The notes beneath the pieces were generated by a model that ran no database searches, was not told where the DNA came from, and saw only the letters and a list, made by a program, of their open reading frames with translations. DNA of 34,814 nucleotides from Cyanophora paradoxa CCMP329 (taxonomy: Eukaryota > Plantae > Glaucophyta), in the NCBI GenBank assembly GCA_004431415.1, contig QPMI01000354.1:1-34814 (forward strand), written 5' to 3'. Shown piece after piece: positions 23,507-32,634 of this stretch (position 1 is the stretch's first letter; every line of letters begins with the position of its first letter). Both the position numbers and the translations under genes were made by a program.

Positions 23507-26453
23507 CTACGGGCCGGCCGGGGCGGGGGGCGCCGGCTCGGGGTCCGGGCCCTGCGGCGGCTCGGGGCCCGGGGCCGGCGGCGGCCCCGCGGAGATGGAG
23601 ACGGGGCGGGTGCCGAAGAGGGGCTGCGCCGAGGTGTAGGGCGGCAGGCCGTCCGGCCGGCCCCCGTCCCCCCGCCCCCGCACCCCCTCCTCCTCCTCCT
23701 CGTACCGCGTGTACAGCGCCACCCCCGCCGGGTACTGGATCGTCGCCGCTGCGGGGGGGATGAGGGGGAAGTCGGGAGCACGAGTCGATGGGCCCGCACC
23801 GATCCACTGGCGGCAGGGCGAGACGGCAACGCAGCGCTGCGGAGAGAGGTGAGAGGACGGCGCGGAACTAGGCCTGGGGGTACGGCGCACGATGGCGCCG
23901 AAGTTCTTGCCGGTCTCCTCCCTGCAGACGCCCCCCCGCAGGCGCGGCGCCGGCCCCGAGAGGTCCCACAGCGACAGCTGCGCCAGCGCGTCTGCAAGCG
24001 CCGGAAGAGGCACGGATCAAATCGAGGGGCGCCGACCTTGCCATCCCCCGTGCCGGTCACCAGGGCACGCGGGGCCGACCACGTCGTCGCCTGCGCGGCA
24101 CGGCACCCGCCGGCGCGTCGGTGCCCCCGGGAGGGGTACGGAATGCAGGCCGCGGGGCACCTGGAGCCCGACGAAGTCGGTGGAGTCGACGGAGCCCGGG
24201 TTGTCGATGCGCGGCGCCCCGTGGTCGAGCGCGTACCTGCCCCGCAGGATCGGCGGGGGTGCGGGGCTTCCCGGGGGCGCGGGGTCGCACAGGAACTGGA
24301 GCCCCGAGGAATCGACGCGGAATACCTCCGCGAAGTTCTGCTCGGTCGCCACCTGCGGGCCGGGGGCGTGAGGGGCAGGGGGAGAGTGGGAGGGGGGTAC
24401 GTCGCCCTCGCCTGGAAGAGCTCGCCGTCGGGGCTGAGGGTGCCGTGCCAGACGGGGGCCCCCGGCGCCCCGAAGCGCACGGCGCGCATCTGCGCCGAGC
24501 CGACGACGGCCACCTCGGGTCCCGGGGCGTCCCGCGGGCAGCGGAGCTCGAGGACGGCGGCGCGGTCGCCGGCGGTGACGGCGAGCCGCGCGGCGGCGGC
24601 GGCGGAGGGCGCGGAAGGGGCCCAGGCGTCCAGGGACTGCACGTAGGGGTTCCCGGGGGGCGCCCAGTGCGCCTGCTCCTCGGGAGAGGACTCCCACTCA
24701 AGCCGCAGGTCGACGCCGCCGGCCTCCCCGCCCGGCGCCTCGCCCCACACCTGCAGCCTGCGCCGCCCCCGACGCAGCCGCGACGCTCAGCTCGGAGGGC
24801 GGAAAGCTGCGCCGCGGGGGCGGGGCGGCGCACGAGCCGTCCGCGAAGCCGACGAGGAGGCGGGGCCGGTGGTCGGGCCCCCGAAAGTAGATCGCCTCGC
24901 CGGCGGCGCGGCCCTCCCCGGGGTACCGCGCCACCAGCCGCGGCGGCTCCAGGCGCCAGGCGCCGGGGCCGGGGCCGGGGCCGGCGCGGACGGCGCGCCA
25001 GACGTAGAGGCCGCCGGAGATGGTCGCCGCGAAGCGCGCCGGGTCGGTCGGGTGCACCGCGAGGCGCCCGAAGGCCTTCTCCGTCGCCTCGCCGTAGTGC
25101 GCCGCCAGGGCCCGGCAGCCGCGGCCGGGGCGGGGTCGGGGGGCGGGGCGGGGGCGGCGGGCGGGGGCGGGGCGGAGGCGGCGCAGTGGGGCAGGGCGGG
25201 GCGCGGGCGTCGAGGAAGGAGAGGTCCGAGGCGTCCAGAGGGAGACGAGCCCGTCCTCGTGCCCGCGACGATGAAGGCCCCGTCCCGCGAGTACGCCACT
25301 GCCGCCCCGCGCCCGCTCGCCCGGCGGGGGGGGGGGGGCGGGGGAGCGGGGAGGGGGCGGGGCGGACCGTCGTTGACGCCGCGGTGGTGCTCGTGGCGGG
25401 CCTCGTCGTGGAGCCGCACCTGCTCGAACCGCGGCGGCGCCCCGCCACCAGCTGCCGCGCCCCGTGAGCAGGGGGCGCGGGGGTGCGGGGGCCGGGCGGG
25501 CGGACGCGGTAGGCGGTGAGCTCGGTGCGGGTGCCGGCGTTCTTGCCCTTGGAGGCGACGAGCTGCGGCTCGCAGCCCCCGGCCGCCACGCCACATCCAG
25601 CGCCGCCCTGCGCCAGCGGAGCGCGCTCGGAGGCGGCGCGGCGGCGGGGAGGGGACGCGGCCCCGCACTCGTCCCGAGGGAGCAGAAGTCGGCGAGGCGG
25701 TAAGGCCCGAAGAGCCGCTCGCCCAGCGTCTCCAGCGCCGCCGCGTGCTCCCGTCCCCGGCCGCGCCCCCGCGGCAGGCCGCCGGTGAGCTCGCGGGCGG
25801 CCAGGGCCTGGTGGACGCGGGGCGGGCGCCGCGCCGTGCTCCGCGCGCACGCCGCCGCGATCCCGAAGAGGCCCTCCAGCGCCGCCCCGAGGCGCGCGAC
25901 GGGCCCCGCGCCGCCTCCCCGGCCCCTCCGCCTGGCTCCCGCGGGCGGCGCAGAGGGCGAGGCGCATGGCGACCTCGAAGGTGCCGGGCATGACGCGGAC
26001 GGGGGCCGGGCGGGGGCCGGCAGGGCGCTGAGGGGGAGCTCCGGGGGCGCGCGCCCGTGGAGGAGGCAGAAGAGGTCGACGAGGTCGTCCAGGCTCTCCC
26101 TGAGCAGCGCGCCCAAGGCGCCCACCGTCGCGCGCGGGCGGGCGCCTTCCCGCCCCACCCGCCCAGCAGCGCCGCCAGCCCCGCGTCCAGCTCCGCCGGC
26201 CGCGCCCGGCCTGACCACGCCCTCGAGGGGCCCGCCCCGGCGAGGGCCCCGCCGCCGCCCGCGCCGCCTTCGGCGCAGCTGCGGCGCGGGCGTCAGCCGG
26301 GCCGGAAGGGGCAGCAGCGCAGGCACGCACGCTTGGGCTTCTTCGGGGGCGGGGCCGGAGCGGGGGCCGGGGCCGGGGCCGCGCGGAGCCGCTTGGCTGG
26401 CGGCGGCGCTGGCTCCTCGTCCTCGGCCTCGTCGTGCTCCGCCGGTCGCAGGG

Positions 26454-26499
<46 letters not shown>

Positions 26500-27810
26500 G
26501 GCGGCGGCGGCGGCGGCGGCGGGGAGCGGGGGCAGACGGACGCGGGCCATGAGGCGCGGCTCGGCGGCCTCGAGGGCGGCGAAGTGGTCGGGGGAGGTGG
26601 CTGGGTCCCAGGCCGCCCCGCCAGACTCGTGGGGGTGCAGCGCCTCCGCCTCCAGCGCGTACGCGGGCCACGGGCCGGCCCCGTTCGCCCGCCGCACGAC
26701 CGCGAGGAAGCAGAGGGGCAGGTGGGAGGAGTACGCCTGCTTCGGGTGACGGTATTTATCGACCACCGGCACGTCCCCCGTGAGCCGCAGCCCCTTCAGC
26801 CCCGCCTTGATTCTCTGGTAGGGTATCCCCGGGCTGAGCACCACCGGGTCCACAGCATCCGTCCGGTACCCCTTCTGCGCGCGAGTCGGGCGTGGCGCGG
26901 GGCAGGGCGGGGCGGGGCGGGGCTCGCCCTGAGCTTCTTATCCTTTTCGGTGAGCATCTCAGGGGGCGTGATCACGCCCTTGGGCCAGGCTCCCACGCGG
27001 CTGACCATGCGGAACGCTGCGGGGCGCCGTGTAAGGGGCGCCGCAGGAGCCCCCTGGCCGGGAGCTGCGCACAGCCTTTTCCGTAGTGCAGGACGATGTC
27101 ACCGGGTCGCATGCGAAGCACGTTGAGCCATGGTTTGGCGCTCCCCGTCATCTTCGGCTTCGGGTGCGGCGCATACAAGATCGTGGATACGCCTTTCTTG
27201 CCCTGCGAGCCCCAAGCGTCAGGTGCGAGCTCCAGAACCACCCGGTCGTGCATAGCTAACCTGGTTGACCTGTGGAACGCCTCAGCGGGGCCGCGGTGCG
27301 TGAAAGGGGCGGGGCTGAGCCGGGCTACGAACTCACCCACCACAGCCACGGCCTTCGGGGCGCATCGGACTCTTCTTCCTCACCGAAGTCGATGTACTCC
27401 GCATCGTCTCCCGTAGGAGGCGGGCTCGGGGCAAGCGGATCCGCCTTCACCCTCGCTAACTCGTACGTTTCCTCCTCGTGCTCGTCGTCGTCCGGATCCT
27501 GCGACTCCTCCTTGATCGCAACGAGCTCCGCCTCCTCCTCTCCATCTTCGCACTTGAACGGCTCCGGCGAGGGCCACCTCACCGCGGGCGGCGACGGCGC
27601 CGCGCGCGCAGCAGGGCGAGGTGCGCTGAAGCTCGGGCCGCGAGGTGCGCTCAAGCGAGCGTAAGTTATAATTGGCTCCTCAGGCTCGTCGTCAGAGTCG
27701 AGCGTTATCACGTCCGGCGGCGGCGAGGCTCGTGGCGGCGGAGGCGCCGGTGAGCCGGACGGCGACGGAGGAGGACTGATTTCCTCCGCATCTTCGATCC
27801 CCGCCACCAT
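23507..27810 (-). CDS. WD40-repeat protein with N-terminal acidic/SIM-like region, WWVNQ-type PUA/EVE-like domain, poly-Ala, NLS-like motifs and an H-box-like helix
   Basis: ATG at 27810. Motifs in order: DVITLDSDDE; spliced WWVNQGKKG..LYAP..MRPGDIVLHY; PAKRLR and PPKKPK; VHQALAARELTG; then WD-like blades (VAYSRDGAFIVAG..DGLVSLW, LLVGFADGSLQVW, LVTGTGDGKLSLWDL, RCVAVSPCRQWI). Stop TAG at 23507-23509. Confidence 0.75.
26455..26520 (-). repeat. Compound microsatellite (GCC)7(GCA)15 encoding 22 Ala
   Basis: Plus strand reads (tgc)15(ggc)7. Confidence 0.9.
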
Positions 27811-27895
27811 CGCTCAGCTATCCTATCGCTCTCGCATCGGTAACGGTTGGCTGTACCCCTCGCCATCTCCTTCCCCCGCCAGTCGGCGCGAAGCG

Positions 27896-28189
27896 AATCA
27901 ACCCTAGCGAGTTTACTCTTAGCAATAGAGGGGTACACTCCCCGCAGTGCTGTGAGCTCTGCGTCGCTAGCATGGTCATATGCTAATCTAGTATATGCAT
28001 ACACAACTCGAAATGGGTGCCAAGAAGGGGACTGCCTCGGGCCTGTGAAAATCCTGAGCGTGAAACTGGGCTAGAGTCCGTAGCAGGCAGAGGGGTACGT
28101 GAACTAGGGCTAGTTCGCAACACCTGTCCTGGGTACGGCAGTCTGGCCTAGGGTACGCGAAGCAGGGGAGAGGCAGGACCAAGGCGCCG
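27896..28189 (-). repeat. Split direct repeat B2 (294 bp), the element's 3' terminus
   Basis: Appears identical to 28336-28629 (aatcaaccctag...ccaaggcgccg). Confidence 0.95.
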
Positions 28190-28335
28190 TATACATAGGG
28201 TAGGGTCGGGTGGGAGAGCTCGAGGCGCGACGGCGCACTCGGGTACAACAACTGAAGAGGGGCGGGCAGTCGTGCCTCGGGTACAGCTGCTCTACGTCTA
28301 CTCGCGGGTTGACCTAAGTAAACTACTTTACTATC
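28190..28335 (-). repeat. Putative A2 segment (146 bp) between the B repeats
   Basis: Position matches the A1-ORFs-B1-A2-B2 architecture; the partner A1 is not seen in the window. Confidence 0.6.
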
Positions 28336-28629
28336 AATCAACCCTAGCGAGTTTACTCTTAGCAATAGAGGGGTACACTCCCCGCAGTGCTGTGAGCTCT
28401 GCGTCGCTAGCATGGTCATATGCTAATCTAGTATATGCATACACAACTCGAAATGGGTGCCAAGAAGGGGACTGCCTCGGGCCTGTGAAAATCCTGAGCG
28501 TGAAACTGGGCTAGAGTCCGTAGCAGGCAGAGGGGTACGTGAACTAGGGCTAGTTCGCAACACCTGTCCTGGGTACGGCAGTCTGGCCTAGGGTACGCGA
28601 AGCAGGGGAGAGGCAGGACCAAGGCGCCG
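28336..28629 (-). repeat. Split direct repeat B1 (294 bp)
   Basis: Direct repeat of 27896-28189, starting about 70 bp after the YR stop. Confidence 0.95.
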
Positions 28630-28700
28630 AGGCGGGCGGCGGCTGCGAAGTGGGCGCCGCGCGCTGGCACCCATGGAGAGAGGTGTGTGATGAATGAAGG

Positions 28701-29509
28701 TCAGCTGGAGGGCACTGCGGCTGGGGGCGCGTGGCTGCTGGCGAGGAGGAGGCCCCGCTGGCGGCGGACGAGCTCGGGGCGCGCACGGATGTACAGCTGG
28801 AAAGCGTCGGACCGCCAGCGGCCGAGGAGCTGGATAGCGTAGTCAGGGAGGCCGGCCTCGAACGCCGCGGTGGCGGCGCCGATGCGGAAGCTGTGCGGCA
28901 GCAGACATGGGGAATGTCGACGTCACAGCCCTGGCCTCGCTGATCGGTCTTCGACTTCTTCAGGCGGAGGCGGGCGAAGCTCTCGCCCTCGTCCGTGAAG
29001 AAGCGGAGGTCGCGGCGCTGGAAGAGCCGGGCCGGGTCGGGCACAGGGAGGCGGACAGCACAGACCTCGCTGCAGCGGAAGAAGCCGAAGAAGGCGGTGG
29101 AAAAGGCGGCCCAGAGGAGCCGCGTCTCAGGTGACGGGTGGGCGGCTGCATACTGGGCGAGGTCACTGAGCTGTCCGCGCGTGATCGGGTCGCGGCGGAG
29201 TTTGGGGCGAGGGTCGGCCACGCGGGCGATGCCCTCGAGGAGCCGGGCGAGGCGCGGCATGGAGCCCCAGAAAGTGCTGAAGCCGGAGTCGACGTGCAGC
29301 GACTGCACGGCCGTGATGTACGTGCGGATGGATGGCGGGGCGACGCCGCCACGGCGGAAGAGGTGCGCCGCGAAGAAGCAGAGTGTAGCCTCCGACGCCG
29401 GCAGGACCAAGCCCTGCCTGTCGTGCAGACCCCGCTGGAGGCAGAACTCGATGAACTCGCGCTGCGGGTACGAGTAGCTCCTGCGGGTGCTGGCCGCTAA
29501 GCCGGACAT
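28701..29509 (-). pseudogene. Tyrosine recombinase of the retrotransposon, internally deleted and frameshifted
   Basis: AFFGFFRCSE and LKKSKTDQ are in one frame; HSFRIGAAT..LGRWRSDAFQLYIR (TGA at 28701) is in another frame immediately after DIPHVC. Confidence 0.9.
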
Positions 29510-31275
29510 GTAGAGGTGCGTGGCGAGGGCGGCAAGGGGTCGATCGACGGCCAGCAGGCGGGGGTCGGCAAAGAATCCGCTGACCGGTGCAGTCGGCGGA
29601 ACTGCTCGATCTGGAGGCGGGAGAGGGGGTCGGCCAGGACGTTAGACAGGCCAGCGATGTGCGTGGCGCGAAACTCGAAAGAGTGGAGGACGGAAAGGGC
29701 ATAGAGGGTGCGGAGGAGGGTGGCGAAGCCGGGGCGGGGGGAGTAGCCGTTGGCAATGGCAAGGGCAACCGGCTCGCAGTCGGTGTGGAAGTTAATCCGC
29801 CGGCGGTGCCACTGGGGGCCCCACGTGGCGGCGGCGATGACGATCGCCATGAGCTCGCGCCAGGGCATGCTGGCAGGGATGTCGGGGTGGTCGGCCCAGG
29901 CGCCGAAGAGCCAGGCGTCGCCAAAGACGGCGCCAAAGCCCACGCCGCTGGCATCAGTCTCCAGGCGTAGCTCCCGCGAGTCGGCCCAGCGGGCTGAGGC
30001 GGGGAGGAGGCGGACGCCGTGCCGCTCGGCAAGCAGGAAGCGCCACCAACGGAGGTCTGCGTGGAAGCCGGGGTGGAGCGTGGCACGGTGGTGGTCCTCG
30101 CGCAGGGCAGAGATGAGACTCAGCACGCGCTGGAGGAAGAAGCGGCCGGGGGGAATGACGGCGGTGGCGGAGGTGAGGAGACCGGCGAGGGACTGGAGGT
30201 CATGCCGGGTGGCGTGCCGCTTTCCCTCCCAGCTGCCGAGGAGCAAGACGAGGTCCTCGTAGCGGCCGGCCGAGAGGCGCGCCTCCATCGCGTCGGTGTC
30301 GAGCTCGATGCCGAGGAAGACGAGGCGGAAGGCGGGCCCCTCCAGCTTCTCCGCAGCCAGCGGGATGCCCAGGTGGGAGCAGATGGCCTGGAGGGCCTCC
30401 ATCGACCGTGCACACTCGGCAGTGCCGGGGCGCCCGAGCACGAGGATGTCGTCGACGTAGCGCAGGAAGAGGACGCCCCCCCGACGGAGGGCGTGGTCGA
30501 GGGCCTGACCGAGGTCCTCGAACGTGCGCGGGGAGGAGCGGCCACCGAATGGGAGAGCCATGTCGTAGTAGAAGTCGTACGCGCCGGGGCGGGCGGGATC
30601 CTCGGAGGGGAGGGCGGCACCCAGCAGCCAGTAGTCCTCCGGGCGGACCGGCAGGAGGCGGAAGGCGTCCCGCACGTCGGCCTTGCCCAGCTGCGTGAGC
30701 CGGCCCAGGGAGATGATGAGCTCGATCGCGTCTGCCACCGAAGGGGAGGTGTAGTGAAGGGGAGCATTGTCGATGCCGCGGTTGACGCTGAAGCCGCGAA
30801 ACCGGGGATAGGATAGGTCTGTGATGCGCCGCCACTTGGGTGGGTTGGAGCGCTTCTTCGGCACGGCGCCGAGTGGCGAGGCGACGAAGGGGGCGAAGGG
30901 CGGATGCGGGAAAGGGCCGGCCATGCGTCCCGCCGCCCGCTCCTTGGCGACGTCCGCCCGCACGGCGTCGAGATGTACCAGCGCCGTGGGATGGGGCCTG
31001 TGGACCGCTGAGTAAGGCGGCCCGCGGTAGAGCAGAGGGAAGCCGCGGGTGAAGCCCTGGGCCAGGCGGGTAGCGAGCGTGGGGTCTGGATGGTCGGCCA
31101 GCGCGGCCAGAAGGTTGGGGAGGTGCACCGGCGTGGGCGCCAGTCCCGACGGAGCGGGGCGCCGCCGACAGCACTCGTGGGGTAGGTCGGGACAGTCGTG
31201 TCGAAAGGGGGGGCCAGCGGTTGCTTGCGGATGCGCGTGTGCGCGCGGGCGCGCGTGCCCGCGGGCGCGGCGGCG
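29497..31275 (-). CDS. Reverse transcriptase / RNase H (pol) of the Ngaro-like element
   Basis: SPLGAVPKK..KWRRITDLS, KADVRDAFRLLPV, LPFGGRSSP, YVDD, FLGIELD; RNase H LETDASG..WRELMAIV..FHTDC..NVLADPLSR. The frame is open from 31275 to TAG at 29497. Confidence 0.93.
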   Translation of the reverse strand, partial: RRRARGHARPRAHAHPQATAGPPFRHDCPDLPHECCRRRPAPSGLAPTPVHLPNLLAALADHPDPTLATRLAQGFTRGFPLLYRGPPYSAVHRPHPTALVHLDAVRADVAKERAAGRMAGPFPHPPFAPFVASPLGAVPKKRSNPPKWRRITDLSYPRFRGFSVNRGIDNAPLHYTSPSVADAIELIISLGRLTQLGKADVRDAFRLLPVRPEDYWLLGAALPSEDPARPGAYDFYYDMALPFGGRSSPRTFEDLGQALDHALRRGGVLFLRYVDDILVLGRPGTAECARSMEALQAICSHLGIPLAAEKLEGPAFRLVFLGIELDTDAMEARLSAGRYEDLVLLLGSWEGKRHATRHDLQSLAGLLTSATAVIPPGRFFLQRVLSLISALREDHHRATLHPGFHADLRWWRFLLAERHGVRLLPASARWADSRELRLETDASGVGFGAVFGDAWLFGAWADHPDIPASMPWRELMAIVIAAATWGPQWHRRRINFHTDCEPVALAIANGYSPRPGFATLLRTLYALSVLHSFEFRATHIAGLSNVLADPLSRLQIEQFRRLHRSADSLPTPACWPSIDPLPPSPRTSTCPA

Positions 31276-31292
31276 TCAGCGACTGCGGAAGT

Positions 31293-31516
31293 GGGCCGCT
31301 CCGGAGTCGAAGAGGCGAAAGAGGACCCGGCGGGAATCGAGCGCGGGTCGGGAGCGTGGGCGGCGGCGCCGGCGGTCGCTGTGGAAACGGGCCGCTCCGG
31401 AGCCGAAGCAGCGAAAGAGGACCCGGCGGGAATCGAGCGCGGGTCGTGGGGGGGGTCGACGGCGGTCGCCGTGGAAACGCGCCTCTCCGGAATCGAAGCG
31501 GCGGAAGTGGACCCGG
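31293..31516. repeat. ~90-96 bp imperfect tandem repeat (about 2.5 copies) in the pol N-terminal linker
   Basis: gggccgctccggag..gaaagaggacccggcgggaatcgagcgcgggtcg occurs twice, plus a diverged partial third copy. Confidence 0.8.
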
Positions 31517-31560
31517 TCGGACTCGAACTGCGGGTCTCGGAGACAACAGACACGACGTCC

Positions 31561-31626
31561 TGTCCGCTAAGCCGCTGAACGCAACGGCCCGGGACAGCGA
31601 ACGCCGGTCCAAAACCGGGTGCCCGG
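31561..31626. repeat. 66-bp direct repeat (candidate TSD), copy 1
   Basis: Identical to 32353-32418. Confidence 0.93.
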
Positions 31627-32352
31627 GAAAATCTCTTGCATTAGCACACAACACAACTACAATGAGTTTCACATCGCCCAATAAATCTCTCCGACTAGAT
31701 ACTATCGAGGACCGTCGTATGCTGTGCTTTAGAAAGTACAAAATGAACGAAAGGTTTGAAGGTTTCGTGTCTAGATATCTAGCTAAGGAGGTTTCTAACT
31801 AATACTAATGATGTGGAAGCTAGCTGTATCGATTTCTAAACCAACCTAAACTCCCGGCTACGAGGTCCTATCTCTACAAAAGACTCCCAATCATGGTATG
31901 TCCGCCGCCAGCGCTGCCCAAGGGCCTCGCCGCGCCGTGTGCCAGGCTCCTCGCCAGCCCCAGTAGATTGGGCTACTGGCCGCCTCCTGCCGTCGCCTCC
32001 GCCGCCTCCATTTGTTGGTGTTGCGTCCTCCGGCCCGCCCCCAGACCGCAATCCCCCAGTGTCTCCCTCTAGCGCGGGCGCGCCCTCTGTGTGCCCACGC
32101 CCCAAGCATACCTGTTCGTATGGTCGTATACTTGCATGGCCGCTGAAGCCCGGACCCAGCCGTAGTCGTCTGGCGGGCAGCTCAGGTGTGAGAGGGCTAG
32201 GGTTTCCCCGCCTTGGTGGCGGGACTCGAGGGCACCGCACTCCCTGCAGCGTTCCCGCTGCCGGGGCTCCGGATCCGCGCGCTTCCTGCGAGCGTTGCCA
32301 GCCGTATCGTCAGGCGGCGCGTCGGCCTCGCGCCCGCGCGCCTCAGTGCGCT
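31627..32352 (-). mobile_element. 726-bp nested insertion, probably the 5'-truncated 3' end of a non-LTR retrotransposon
   Basis: Flanked by the 66-bp duplication. The minus strand encodes a knuckle-like CRECG..GETLALSHLSCP, followed by an AT-rich UTR-like ~210 bp; no poly(A) tail. Confidence 0.6.
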
Positions 32353-32418
32353 TGTCCGCTAAGCCGCTGAACGCAACGGCCCGGGACAGCGAACGCCGGT
32401 CCAAAACCGGGTGCCCGG
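32353..32418. repeat. 66-bp direct repeat (candidate TSD), copy 2
   Basis: Identical to 31561-31626. Confidence 0.93.
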
Positions 32419-32634
32419 ACGGGCGAAGCCCGGGGGGAAGATGCCGAGGGGGGGGCGAGCGGACTTAGCCGCGGGAGGGCCGCGACCGAGACCGAAGGGG
32501 GCGGAGGCGGGGACGGCGGCGATGGGCGCACCGCTGCCGCCAGAGGGGGCGCCACCGCCTCCGGAGGGCTCCTATGATGCTCCGCGTCTGGCGCGCCGCA
32601 GGGAGCGGGAACTGCGGCCGCCTGCGGGGGGTGC

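Noticed and set aside
26434-27126. Plus-strand ORFs with poly-Cys or poly-Leu tracts
   Set aside because: Antisense readings of the poly-Ala microsatellite.
27847-28514. Two near-identical small ORFs (..SLLLAIEGYTPRS..)
   Set aside because: By-product of the non-coding B repeats.
27896-28629. LTR pair or TRIM interpretation of the 294-bp repeats
   Set aside because: No TG..CA ends, PBS or integrase; the position after YR fits split direct repeats.
28701-29509. Phage integrase or prophage
   Set aside because: The YR is linked to gag and RT/RNase H, so it belongs to a DIRS-order retrotransposon.
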